Below, in pieces: positions 9,279 to 18,972 of a DNA stretch of 64,000 nucleotides (the first letter of the stretch is position 1; each line of letters starts with the position of its first letter). The notes under the pieces were generated by a model, which was given only the letters and a program-made list of their open reading frames with translations, was not told the origin of the DNA and ran no database searches. The DNA is from a virus. Taxonomy: Duplodnaviria; Caudoviricetes. Made by a program: the position numbers and the translations under genes. The stretch is from IMG/VR virus record IMGVR_UViG_3300016643_000312, positions 5,139-69,138 of that record. One strand, written 5' to 3'.

Positions 9279-10175
9279 ATGCCATTAATATCCAACACCC
9301 TTCCGATTGGCTCAAGATATGGAACTCCGCAGGAGCTTTTGGAGCTTTTTGCAGAAAATCTTAACGTTTCCGCATCCGACACCAGTAATATTGTTATTGG
9401 AAACTTTGCACCCACCGATGTTACGAAGCTTTGGGTGGACACCAGTGGGGCCAATCCAGTTGTAAAAGTCTACATTGGCTCCGCCTGGACTTCAATTAGC
9501 GTGGCCGGTTCTTTTTCTTCAGGTATAACTGTAAGCGGCGGCAATATAAGGCTTAACACTAACTCCATCTCAATCGATAGCGGTGGGGCTTACGCCGGTC
9601 GCGTCGGTGTTAACACCACTACACCGACAACTAATCTCGATGTGAACGGGGGCATAAAAGCAACCTCACTTTCAACTTCCGCCGTGTCGGCATCCGGGAG
9701 CAACAATACGATGGCTTTGGCGGGAGATCTTTCAATCACCGCTTCCGCTCCGGCCACGGGGGCTCTTTCGGTTGCCGGGGCGCTCAGCGTGAGCGGCACA
9801 TTGTCAGCGACCGGAACCGCCATCGTCAACAATCTGCAAGGACCCACGGGGCAGGGACCCGTGTTTTTGATTTCCAGCGCTGGGGCAATTACAGCAACGA
9901 GCTTAAATATTGGGACGGCTGCAGGAAACACTATTACGTGCGGGCCTATCACAGCAACATCCTTGAACACCGTAACGGGCGCGGTAACATGTGGGTCGAT
10001 TTCAGCTACTGCTAATACTTCGACCTTTTATAGAATAAAACTTTCGGACATCACACAGTTGGTTACATCAGCAACCACTGATGCAAATGGCCCTGCCCTA
10101 CCTGCAAAACCCACCACTTTTTTACCAGTTGTTATTGGCAGTACTACTTATAAAATTGCTCTGTACAATAACTAA
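9279..10175 (+). CDS. Tail fibre-like protein
   Basis: Start at ATG 9279; APTDVTKLWVDT, RVGVNTTTPTTNLDVNG repeat. Confidence 0.7.
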   Translation: MPLISNTLPIGSRYGTPQELLELFAENLNVSASDTSNIVIGNFAPTDVTKLWVDTSGANPVVKVYIGSAWTSISVAGSFSSGITVSGGNIRLNTNSISIDSGGAYAGRVGVNTTTPTTNLDVNGGIKATSLSTSAVSASGSNNTMALAGDLSITASAPATGALSVAGALSVSGTLSATGTAIVNNLQGPTGQGPVFLISSAGAITATSLNIGTAAGNTITCGPITATSLNTVTGAVTCGSISATANTSTFYRIKLSDITQLVTSATTDANGPALPAKPTTFLPVVIGSTTYKIALYNN

Positions 10176-10177
10176 AA

Positions 10178-11875
10178 ATGACTCTTGGTGAAATTCGTTC
10201 TGAAATTGCAAGGGTTGTTGACAACGGTGTCACGGCTAGCGACCCCCGGGTGATTCAACGTGTAAACCAGGCCCAACGAAGGCTTCATGCCGTCCGCTCC
10301 TGGGTGGGTCTTTTGGCAAAGTACAAGGTTGACGTTGTGACTAATATTTTCACCTTACCCTCCGAGCTTGAAAATGTTCACAGTGTCACCAAATACACCG
10401 GTCCTGCCCTGTCCCCCGGCAACGTTTTATTGAGCAAGGACGCCAACGCGTTCGTTCATTTGGACGGAGATATTGTCCCGTTGGTTTTTCAACCAGTGAG
10501 CGCCGCCGGAGTGGTTACCTATCAGATTGATCCTTCGTTGGCCCAGAATTTAACTAGTGTTGTGGTCACAGGCAAAAAAGCTTTTGTTCCGGCGACCTCA
10601 GACACCAGCGAGCTGTTAATTGACGATCTGGAAGCCCTTAAATTGATGGTCATGGCCCTTTGGCGGGAGGAAAATAACCAGCTTGATCTTGCCACCGGGT
10701 TGCAGGCAAAGGCGGTGGAACACCTAGCATTCAAGACTGACATGGCTATTGAGGTGGCTAGGAGGCTTGCCTATCAAACTCGTCTTTCTTCCGCTAGCCC
10801 CGGCACCATGGCTTTTGTCCGGTCCCGTTTGGCCTTGGACTTGAATTACGGTCTTAAAACAGACGAGACGCAAATATTTGATTTGGTGAACAAGGCCCAG
10901 GACATGCTTATCGACATCAAAAGAACCTTGCTCGCCTCGGGACGTTACGGGGTCAAGGACGGGCTTTCTTTGCCTTCTTACAGCTACATTGTTTCCGACT
11001 CCGCGCAACTGCCCGTTCCCGATTATACCACGGTGAAATTGGCCGCTCTTTCCTTGATGGCAAATTCCGTAAATGACAAAAATCCGCAGCCCAATCCGGA
11101 TTTGGCCGCCAAATACGAGGCGGAAGCCATCAAATCTTTGGAGCAGGATTTAATGGTGGAGCTTGAAAGAAAACGGCATGCCGATTATTCCACGACCTTG
11201 GCCTCATCCCAACCTAACACGTTTGGGCATATCAAGGCCAGGTTGGCGCTTGATTTACCCAACGGACTTCGGTTGTCCGACAATGAACTCTCCAGGACCA
11301 TTAACCGCGCCGAAGAGATTCTCATTGCCCGGGGTAAGTGGGCCGGAGCCGTTGAAGAGTTAAAAGTCACAATCCCCAAAGAAGGGCTTTTTTATCTTCC
11401 CGGCAACGTGGAAAGCATTCTGTCGGCCACGCTTAACGATGTGCCCGTCCCCGTCTTTGACCAACACTACGATTATAATCCTGGGGGCCCCGGGTTTCAA
11501 ACCGAGGAGTTTAATTCCGGCACACCCTCAATCATAGCCCGCGGCGAAAAAATTGTGAACCACCAGAGACTCCGTGTTTATTTTGTCCGTGGCAACTGGG
11601 CTGATACAAGTTGCGCAAGATTGCTGGTAAAGCGGCGTCATCTGGATTACCTAACGGACCAGGAGTTGATGCTGATAAGAAATTACTCGGCGGTGTATTC
11701 CATGGTTTTATCGCTGTTACAACAGGAACAAAATCCCGAGTCCGCCAAATATCACGAGGAGCAAGCCCTTTCCATTCTTCGCTCGGAGCTGGAGCAGTTT
11801 CAGGCTTCCAATCTTTCCGCCATCAAGGTGCAGCCCAGCGGTTTCTCCATGGGCGACATCGGGGCCATGGTGTGA
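10178..11875 (+). CDS. Head-tail adaptor/tail tubular A-like protein with internal repeats
   Basis: MTLGEIRSEIAR...RVNQAQRRL pattern recurs three times. Confidence 0.6.
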   Translation: MTLGEIRSEIARVVDNGVTASDPRVIQRVNQAQRRLHAVRSWVGLLAKYKVDVVTNIFTLPSELENVHSVTKYTGPALSPGNVLLSKDANAFVHLDGDIVPLVFQPVSAAGVVTYQIDPSLAQNLTSVVVTGKKAFVPATSDTSELLIDDLEALKLMVMALWREENNQLDLATGLQAKAVEHLAFKTDMAIEVARRLAYQTRLSSASPGTMAFVRSRLALDLNYGLKTDETQIFDLVNKAQDMLIDIKRTLLASGRYGVKDGLSLPSYSYIVSDSAQLPVPDYTTVKLAALSLMANSVNDKNPQPNPDLAAKYEAEAIKSLEQDLMVELERKRHADYSTTLASSQPNTFGHIKARLALDLPNGLRLSDNELSRTINRAEEILIARGKWAGAVEELKVTIPKEGLFYLPGNVESILSATLNDVPVPVFDQHYDYNPGGPGFQTEEFNSGTPSIIARGEKIVNHQRLRVYFVRGNWADTSCARLLVKRRHLDYLTDQELMLIRNYSAVYSMVLSLLQQEQNPESAKYHEEQALSILRSELEQFQASNLSAIKVQPSGFSMGDIGAMV

Positions 11876-12345
11876 GCTCCCAGCCGGTCGGTTGTTCCAT
11901 AGACGCATTTTATTCTCCGGCCTCACCAGGCCAGGACACGATTGCCCAGTCCGTTGCCGGGATGCCGGATACGGGCACGCATTGCGCGATTCCGGTTTCC
12001 GTGGATCCTTTTATTCCAATCAATGGCGCGGAGGATCAAGTTTTTTTCAGCGCGCAGGCAAATGTCAATTCCGCGACCGGCGCCGCCCTTGTCCCGGGGG
12101 ACACAATTTTTTCATATGGCGCCGCACAGGAGGACGCTACAGATTCTTTTTTACAGGGGGCATACGAACTCCCGACCTCCCCCGGTGTTTGTACCGGGGA
12201 GTCTTTTGATCCCGTTGCATTTTGCCCTTTACCCTCGCTGCCCGAAGGCTTGACCTGGCTCGAGCAAAATGTCCTTTGGACTTTGAATTTTGACCTTTGG
12301 GGATCCGCTTTTTCCGATTTTACGGGGTGTCAAGACAATGGCTGA
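11872..12345 (+). CDS. Acidic hypothetical virion-module protein
   Basis: GTG 11872 overlaps the upstream TGA; fills the gap in the operon. Confidence 0.55.
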   Translation: MSSQPVGCSIDAFYSPASPGQDTIAQSVAGMPDTGTHCAIPVSVDPFIPINGAEDQVFFSAQANVNSATGAALVPGDTIFSYGAAQEDATDSFLQGAYELPTSPGVCTGESFDPVAFCPLPSLPEGLTWLEQNVLWTLNFDLWGSAFSDFTGCQDNG

Positions 12346-14311
12346 TTTGTCCACCCGAACCATTGCCAGCTCATACCGGGAGCTCCTGAAAACCTCCAGC
12401 GGGGCCGGGTTGACCTCAACGTTAACCGTCGTTGAGGACGGTGATGCCACTCCATCCTGTCTTTTGCTGTCCACACAGTCCGCCAGGCTAACCGGGGCTC
12501 TAACCTGTGAGGGTTCTTTGAATGTTTTAAGCACCACAGAAAGCGAGTCTTTGGGGCAAGGTGGCCTTGTTTTAAACGGTGGTTTGAGTGTCGCAAAAAA
12601 TTCAAGGGCGGGGGGAGATGTTGTTGCGGCGCAAAGTTTAAAGGCCGGTTCCGGACTTGTGTTGGGGGATGTCCCGTCCCCTTCAAACCTTGGCGCGGAC
12701 ACCATTGGTGTCACCGTGCGCGGGGACACCGACAAATCCATAAAATGGCAAAACAGCACGTCGTCTTTTGCCATTTCGGAGCATCTTAATTTGGCTCCCG
12801 GAAAAGGATACAAAATTAATGGAGTCGATGTGCTTTCCTCCAGTTCCCTGGGTTCCGGGGTGGCAAACTCCTCGCTTACCTCCCTTGGCGTTGTGACGGC
12901 CGGAACCTGGAGAGCCTCGGTGGTGGCCGGCGAATACGGAGGAACCGGGGTAAACAACACCGGAAAAACCCTCACCCTTGGGGGAAATCTAACCACAAGC
13001 GGGGCCCACCAGACCACTTTCACAACCAGTGGAAACACAAACCTTGCCCTCCCCACTACCGGAACCTTGGCCACTCTGACGGGATCGGAAACCCTGACTA
13101 ACAAGACCATCAACCTCTCAAACAATACCCTGACCTCCACTTCGGGTCAACTAGCCTCGGCGGTCACTGACGAGACGGGTACGGGGCAATTGGTCTTCTC
13201 AGAAAACCCGGTCCTGGGCAACTTCAGTTTTCAGGCTGGCTCAGGGAACAGTCTATCCCTGGGGAACAGTCTATCCCTGGGTACCCCTTTAGCCGTCGGT
13301 TCGGGCGGAACAGGGCAAAGTACAGCCAGTGCCGCAATCAATGCGCTCGTGCCGGCTCAAAACGGCCAAGCAACAAAATTTCTTTCAACCAATGGTACGA
13401 CGGTGCTTTGGGCCTCCCCGGTGGCCGCATCTTCAAACTTAACATCGGGAACCACAGAAATTTTAGGACAAGGGTACGACAATACCGAAGCCGTTCTGGC
13501 CGTAAGTTCAACTACTAATGCGAATGGAAACAGAACCTTAAAATATGTGGCTTCAACCGGGACCAACGATGTTGTCAGAAGCATAAAACCCAACATAGGT
13601 TTTGAATTTCTTACTGTAAATGCTTCTGGGGGTCAAGGGAGTACCGTTTTGCACGGAACAGCTGCACAGGGTGGGCGCACAACCAAATTACCTTTGATTG
13701 TACAAGTCGCAGGTGGGAGCGTTTATAGTGGGGTCACTTTATCGGGGGCCGAATTATCGCCATCCACAACGGGTGCCCCCATAATTACCGTGATTAATTC
13801 AATGATTGACACCCCGATTAGGGTATTTCCCTCCCTAAACACTTCAATAAACGACTTAAACATAAATGAACCTTATGAACTTGCGGCAGGATTATCACAA
13901 ACTTTTGTTGCCGTAAACACCTATCAATGGCTAACAGTTATTCCCAATACCGCTTACGCGGCTTATACAAACCGACCTACCTCTTTTACCCGGTCGGCGG
14001 TTTTTAGCCAAGTTACGTTAACAGACGCTTCAACCATTAACTGGAATTTGGAACAAGCACAGGTCGCTTCAGTGACAATTTATGGGAATCGAATCCTGAG
14101 TAATCCGGCGTACGGGAAGGATGGCGGTTTCTATGTTTTGGCGGTAAAACAGTCGAGCGGCGGGAATACTCTGTCTTTTGGTAACCAGTATTATTTTGCC
14201 GGGGGGCTTCCTACGTTTTCGACGGCGCCTAGCGCCGTCGACATCCTGACATTTTTTTATTATCAAGGCAATATGTACGGGACCGTCACTCAAGCGTTTC
14301 TGCAGGTGTAA
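12338..14311 (+). CDS. Tail fibre protein
   Basis: Start at ATG 12338; Ser/Thr/Gly-rich; TLTGSETLTNKT, VTDETGTGQLVF, PLAVGSGGTG; C-terminal TLTDASTINWN...AVDILTF domain. Confidence 0.8.
   Translation: MADLSTRTIASSYRELLKTSSGAGLTSTLTVVEDGDATPSCLLLSTQSARLTGALTCEGSLNVLSTTESESLGQGGLVLNGGLSVAKNSRAGGDVVAAQSLKAGSGLVLGDVPSPSNLGADTIGVTVRGDTDKSIKWQNSTSSFAISEHLNLAPGKGYKINGVDVLSSSSLGSGVANSSLTSLGVVTAGTWRASVVAGEYGGTGVNNTGKTLTLGGNLTTSGAHQTTFTTSGNTNLALPTTGTLATLTGSETLTNKTINLSNNTLTSTSGQLASAVTDETGTGQLVFSENPVLGNFSFQAGSGNSLSLGNSLSLGTPLAVGSGGTGQSTASAAINALVPAQNGQATKFLSTNGTTVLWASPVAASSNLTSGTTEILGQGYDNTEAVLAVSSTTNANGNRTLKYVASTGTNDVVRSIKPNIGFEFLTVNASGGQGSTVLHGTAAQGGRTTKLPLIVQVAGGSVYSGVTLSGAELSPSTTGAPIITVINSMIDTPIRVFPSLNTSINDLNINEPYELAAGLSQTFVAVNTYQWLTVIPNTAYAAYTNRPTSFTRSAVFSQVTLTDASTINWNLEQAQVASVTIYGNRILSNPAYGKDGGFYVLAVKQSSGGNTLSFGNQYYFAGGLPTFSTAPSAVDILTFFYYQGNMYGTVTQAFLQV
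13244..13279 (+). repeat. Perfect 18-bp tandem duplication (GNSLSL x2)
   Basis: GGGAACAGTCTATCCCTG twice. Confidence 0.9.
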
Positions 14312-14312
14312 C

Positions 14313-16895
14313 ATGGCTTTTCCGGTGCTGCCTTACGGATTTGGGTCTTCACTAAGCGGATACCCAGAGGTCGACGGTTACCAAATAAAAAATTCAGCTT
14401 TTTTCGGGTATATTGCCCCAAATCCCGGTAATATTAATAGAGATTGGAGATATGACCATATTATGACCCAAGGCTCCGGTTTTTCTTTTCAACCGCCTAT
14501 TTTTACTGCTCCCGGAATTGGCGGTGGAATTGATTTGGGCACCGACCATCAAACAAAAATGACGCTGTCCTTTTGGCTTAAGTTGAGCGGAGAGTCAACC
14601 TATAATAACGGAGGCATCACACGAGAAACTGATCCTCCCCTACAGGACACAGATGGGTTATCCCGTCAAATTTTAACCGATGTGTTTCCTGAAATATACA
14701 GCGGCGTCGTTGTGTCGGAAACCAATAAAAGACAAAATGAGATAGCTCTTACATTTAAACAATATCCCCCGTTAAACAACATGTCTTTGCACATACGAAT
14801 AATAAAAAATTATCAGGTCGCGCTTGATACGTATGGTGTTTTTACCGACCCAACCGCATGGTACCACATGCTATTAATTTTTGACACAACCCAAGCAAGT
14901 GCTAGTCGCAGGGTAAGGGTTTATGTTAACGGCAGGCAGATCATTTATCATGACATAGACAATCGAGGTTTTTTCATAAGATATAGCACGGTCCCATTCA
15001 ATACACTGCCAGATCCTAACCAGCCAAGTTCTTACTGGCGTTTTGGTCATACCTTGTGGGGGAGGGTTACGGAATTATATCTTATAAGGGGGTGGGCGCC
15101 TGTTTTCAATGACCAGGCCACTGATTTTGGTTTTATTCATCCATTAAGCGGAAGATTCGTTGCAAAACCATTTACTAGAGACCTTACAGGAACCGCTCCG
15201 ACCACCCTTAATCAGCCGCCCCGCAAGTATTACCTTAATTTTTCCGATACTTCCTCTTTGGACTCCGCATTGCAAAACCACGGATTTATCGCGAAGGGCG
15301 CGTTTATTTCTGATGACGGACCCTATCAACTTGAAAATTACGCTATCGGCTATCAAGACAATAACTCGGCTGCCAACAAAACAATCAATTTATATTCAGC
15401 AGTCACAGAAATGTTTTTGCCTTTGCCGGATCCCGACACCAGGGAAAAAGATGCTTATGGAAGACCTATTGGCGGGGTTTGGAATTATGCTCAGGGGGAT
15501 GGGAGGGGTATAGACTTTTTTGAAAAGTGGTTCACGGTGACGGATGTGCCAATACGCAGGCCGTGTCAAAACACGTTCAGCGTTTATGCTACCTATTGGA
15601 ATAGTGAAGTCTACAGATATTTCACTGGTTTTAGACCTTATTACTTTTACATAAGACTAAATGGCTCAACAATTTTGCAAGTCCCATTGGGAACCGGGCA
15701 GTCAAGAGAAATACAGGCCCCCAAGTGGCATGATCTTGCCTTTACCGGAGCAATAAACAAGATTGAGCTTGCGGTTTGGTATCAAACGGTGGGCGGAGTC
15801 TTTGGGCTGCCTGTGGATCAGCGACTTAATACTGTGAAAATTTGGGCTTTTAAGATTGACAATAATCTCATTAAAAGTTTGCCAACCCAGATATTTACAG
15901 CCGATTCCCCCACCAATACGACCACATCTGAAACCGGCCAAGGCAGGCAAATCTCTTCAAACTATTGCACACTGAACCCGAGGGCCACAGGGCCAACATC
16001 AGATTCGATTCAGTATGTATTAAATCCCACGAGAACTTTTTCTACAGGTGTCACTATGAGCCCATTCAGGATTCCGGGGCACAATCCTTCAAACCCCAAT
16101 CAGCATTACAAATGGTTTTTTGAAGTACAATGTGAGCGAGACCCAAATGGATGTAATGGTGAGTGGTATCCATTTGGGCCTGTGGTTGGGCCGCGAGGGT
16201 ACAATGATTTTTCAGGAGTGATTTCTGTCGTGGGGATAATCACCGCAACCAACGCCTATAACTGGGATTATAATGCCGGAAACTCCTTTTATGTTGCGGA
16301 CAATGGCTTTTATTCAAACTACACCATGGGGTCGAGCGGGAAAATTAACATAAAAAACGGGTCCTATCTGGGTTTCGCCTTTGACCGATTGGCAAACACG
16401 ATTGCAATCTATCACAACGGTCAGTTAAGCCAGACGATCACCCTGGGCAGACCTTCCAATAATGATTTTTTTGTTTTTGTGGGGGTAAGACAAAACAAAG
16501 CCGACAGGCCGGCGGGTTACGATGAAAAGTGTTATTTCAATAACTTAAACTTCGGGGAATCCAAATTCAGGTACCCCGGTCCGGCGGGATTCAGAACCCT
16601 TAACACGGTCAATCTAAGCAACCTTGAACCGAACATAACGTCCGGATCCTTTTTGGGCAACGGAAACAACGATGGGCCCATGGTCTTCACAAATTTCCAG
16701 CCGCTGGCCATGTCTATTAATGGCAATGAGATAAATTTTTTGCAAGAAAGCCCTCCGGTGCAAAGGTTAGCAAACGGTTTTAAAGTGAGGTCGTCCAGCA
16801 ATCTTTACAACCAGCCAAACGTGTTAAACTACTTTACGGTGTCAGAAGTCGGTTCAAAGTTTAAACACAGTCGGGGAGCGGTTACTGTTCCATAA
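14313..16895 (+). CDS. Tail receptor-binding protein with LamG/ConA-like and SPRY-like domains
   Basis: TLSFWLK, AWYHMLLIFDTTQ...RVRVYVNG; KWFFEV...LGFAFD...YHNG...NFG..F.Y..P.GF. Confidence 0.75.
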   Translation: MAFPVLPYGFGSSLSGYPEVDGYQIKNSAFFGYIAPNPGNINRDWRYDHIMTQGSGFSFQPPIFTAPGIGGGIDLGTDHQTKMTLSFWLKLSGESTYNNGGITRETDPPLQDTDGLSRQILTDVFPEIYSGVVVSETNKRQNEIALTFKQYPPLNNMSLHIRIIKNYQVALDTYGVFTDPTAWYHMLLIFDTTQASASRRVRVYVNGRQIIYHDIDNRGFFIRYSTVPFNTLPDPNQPSSYWRFGHTLWGRVTELYLIRGWAPVFNDQATDFGFIHPLSGRFVAKPFTRDLTGTAPTTLNQPPRKYYLNFSDTSSLDSALQNHGFIAKGAFISDDGPYQLENYAIGYQDNNSAANKTINLYSAVTEMFLPLPDPDTREKDAYGRPIGGVWNYAQGDGRGIDFFEKWFTVTDVPIRRPCQNTFSVYATYWNSEVYRYFTGFRPYYFYIRLNGSTILQVPLGTGQSREIQAPKWHDLAFTGAINKIELAVWYQTVGGVFGLPVDQRLNTVKIWAFKIDNNLIKSLPTQIFTADSPTNTTTSETGQGRQISSNYCTLNPRATGPTSDSIQYVLNPTRTFSTGVTMSPFRIPGHNPSNPNQHYKWFFEVQCERDPNGCNGEWYPFGPVVGPRGYNDFSGVISVVGIITATNAYNWDYNAGNSFYVADNGFYSNYTMGSSGKINIKNGSYLGFAFDRLANTIAIYHNGQLSQTITLGRPSNNDFFVFVGVRQNKADRPAGYDEKCYFNNLNFGESKFRYPGPAGFRTLNTVNLSNLEPNITSGSFLGNGNNDGPMVFTNFQPLAMSINGNEINFLQESPPVQRLANGFKVRSSSNLYNQPNVLNYFTVSEVGSKFKHSRGAVTVP

Positions 16896-16904
16896 GGACC
16901 CGCC

Positions 16905-17339
16905 ATGTGGATTCAAGATTCAGACAAAGAAAAACTTATACGTTATCCCAAGGATATTGTAATTGACGGGGTTCAGCATCCCGCTCAAATCTTTTTGGCC
17001 TGGTCAAAACAAGAGCTGTCCTCCATTGGTATAAAACCATTTCATCCAGCTACTTATGATCGGGGGCTTCGTGTAGTTGGCTCTACGCTGGAAGAAGTTG
17101 ACGGGGAGGTGTACGAACGGTTGGAGCTTGAGCAAATCCCGCAAGAAGCTCCGGCTGTTCCGCCTAGCCCGGGTTACGATTTTTTACGAAAAAGGGCTTA
17201 CCCAAAAACCGATGATCTGATCGTGGCTCTGTGGGAAAAGGTGATGGAAGGCAGAAACGGGCCGGCCGAGGAGCTTCAAGCCGCGCGTCTTGAGGTAAAA
17301 AACAATTTTCCCAAACCTGATGAAAAGGTATTGATTTAG
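16905..17339 (+). CDS. Tail fibre assembly/chaperone-like protein
   Basis: IDGVQHPAQIF..WS..EL..IGI and RKRAYPKTDDLIVALWE motifs; follows the fibre genes. Confidence 0.6.
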   Translation: MWIQDSDKEKLIRYPKDIVIDGVQHPAQIFLAWSKQELSSIGIKPFHPATYDRGLRVVGSTLEEVDGEVYERLELEQIPQEAPAVPPSPGYDFLRKRAYPKTDDLIVALWEKVMEGRNGPAEELQAARLEVKNNFPKPDEKVLI

Positions 17340-17342
17340 AAC

Positions 17343-17368
17343 CGAATACTGGCAGAATCCGGTCAATA
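17343..17368 (-). promoter_or_regulatory. TAYTGAC-N13-TA motif, antisense orientation
   Basis: Minus strand TATTGACC GGATTCTGCCAG TATTCG, intergenic. Confidence 0.5.
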
Positions 17369-17371
17369 CAA

Positions 17372-17797
17372 ATGAGTCGCAAGTCGCTCAAAACCCAGCA
17401 CCTTTTGCATGAGATCTCGGAGTTTTTGTCGGTCATGAGCCCTAGTGTGTCCTTTCCCAAAGAGGCGGTGGAGTGGCATTTCGATAGGCTGAGCCTGGTC
17501 ATAGACCGGGATCCTGGCCGGCAAAATCTTTTGTCCGGGCTTGTTCTTTTTAGAAAAATAAGCGAGCCGGAACAGGCGCAGGACCGGTGGTTTCACGACC
17601 CTCAAGGGCAGACTTTGTGGGTTGATGAAGCCGTGTCCCTGAGAAAAGGGGGTCTTGCCGAAATGATCGTTCGCGGTTTTGTTGCCACGGGCAGGAGCTT
17701 TTCCAGAATAGGTTTTAACAAAAGAAAAAATCCGTATTTGCCCGTCAGGGTATACCCCGTGGCCATGTTTGATCGCATGATCAGGGCGGGTGTGTAA
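17372..17797 (+). CDS. Hypothetical protein preceding the ejection genes (gp13-like position)
   Basis: Synteny; stop overlaps the next ATG. Confidence 0.55.
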   Translation: MSRKSLKTQHLLHEISEFLSVMSPSVSFPKEAVEWHFDRLSLVIDRDPGRQNLLSGLVLFRKISEPEQAQDRWFHDPQGQTLWVDEAVSLRKGGLAEMIVRGFVATGRSFSRIGFNKRKNPYLPVRVYPVAMFDRMIRAGV

Positions 17798-18969
17798 TGG
17801 GCGGCGGCGGTGGTGGCGGGTCCCCTCCGGCCCCTCCAAAATTGGTGGCGCCAAAATACTCTTACGTAGACCTCGAAAAGCTTGCAAGCCTGTTGGATCT
17901 GGATTTAAGAGAGCTGTCCGACTACACGGATAGCATTCCTTCTTTTCTTAAACAGCAGGACCAATTCGAAAACCTTGGTCGTTTTGCTTCGGCGGCCAAC
18001 GAACAAACCCGTCAAAGTCTAGAGGAGGTGACCCCGGGGCTTTTGGAAGGATTAAAGAGCGTGGGGGCCCTGACAGAGTCGCAGTTGGCCGGAAGGATAC
18101 CGCAGGATGTTGAAGACGAAATTTTGAGGATAGGGGCGTTCAGGGATTTTGGTTCTGGCATTGGGTCTCAAAGCGGGCTGGCCAGAAACCTTACCGGCCG
18201 GGATTTTGGCCTTAACAGCATGGCGCTGCAGGAGCGAGGGCTGCAAAATCTGGAAAGCTCCTTACGCGCATCCGCGGCTCTAAGCCCGGTCCAGGCCACA
18301 GATTTGCTTTTCAGCCCCGCCGATGTGCTGGCGAGAATGGACGCCAATACGTCAATTCAAAACCAGGAACAAAGTTTCAACACCAACCTCTCTAACTTCA
18401 GGACGGTGTTCAACAACGATCTTGAAAACCAGGAGCGATATTACAACACCAACACAAAAAACAACGAGGCCGCCGCGGCGGCTCAGGTCGAAAACACCAA
18501 CGCCATGAATCGGTACAATTACGACTTGATGAAATATCAAATGGACCAGCAAAGGAGTTCTTCCGGACTAGGCAGTCTTTTTGGAGGCGTTCTTGGCGGG
18601 GCTTTGGGTTTTGCCGCAGGAGGGCCCGGCGGTGCCCTGGCCGGATTGGGTTTGGGTAGTTCGCTTGGAGGGGGAATAGAAAGTGCCGCAACGGGCGGGG
18701 GGTTCCAGCCTTTGGCAACCGGTTTAACCGCAGGGTTTACCAACATGGCCTCCATAGGCGTAAGCGACCAAAATCCTTACGGAATGTTAAGTGCACTATC
18801 AAGATCATTGGGGCTAAACGACGGTATGACCATGACACCAAGCGGCACGCCCATACCCAGGGCGCAGGGAATCAACAAAGCCGCGAATGACCCTCGCCTT
18901 CCTTTTGTCCCTCCGGCTGGATCCGGAAGACTGCCGGTCCGGCAAACCCAGGCATCACCCTCCATTTAA
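17797..18969 (+). CDS. DNA ejection/internal virion protein (small)
   Basis: MGGGGGGG N-terminus, Q/N-rich helices, glycine-zipper GGVLGGALGFAAGG. Confidence 0.7.
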   Translation: MGGGGGGGSPPAPPKLVAPKYSYVDLEKLASLLDLDLRELSDYTDSIPSFLKQQDQFENLGRFASAANEQTRQSLEEVTPGLLEGLKSVGALTESQLAGRIPQDVEDEILRIGAFRDFGSGIGSQSGLARNLTGRDFGLNSMALQERGLQNLESSLRASAALSPVQATDLLFSPADVLARMDANTSIQNQEQSFNTNLSNFRTVFNNDLENQERYYNTNTKNNEAAAAAQVENTNAMNRYNYDLMKYQMDQQRSSSGLGSLFGGVLGGALGFAAGGPGGALAGLGLGSSLGGGIESAATGGGFQPLATGLTAGFTNMASIGVSDQNPYGMLSALSRSLGLNDGMTMTPSGTPIPRAQGINKAANDPRLPFVPPAGSGRLPVRQTQASPSI

Positions 18970-18972
18970 TTT

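Noticed and set aside
13804-13829. GATTGACA-N12-TATTTC near-match to the promoter motif
   Set aside because: First base deviates and it lies mid-gene about 480 nt from the next start; may be chance.
7877-16895. Diversity-generating retroelement acting on tail fibres
   Set aside because: No reverse transcriptase, and no template/variable repeat pair differing at adenines was seen.
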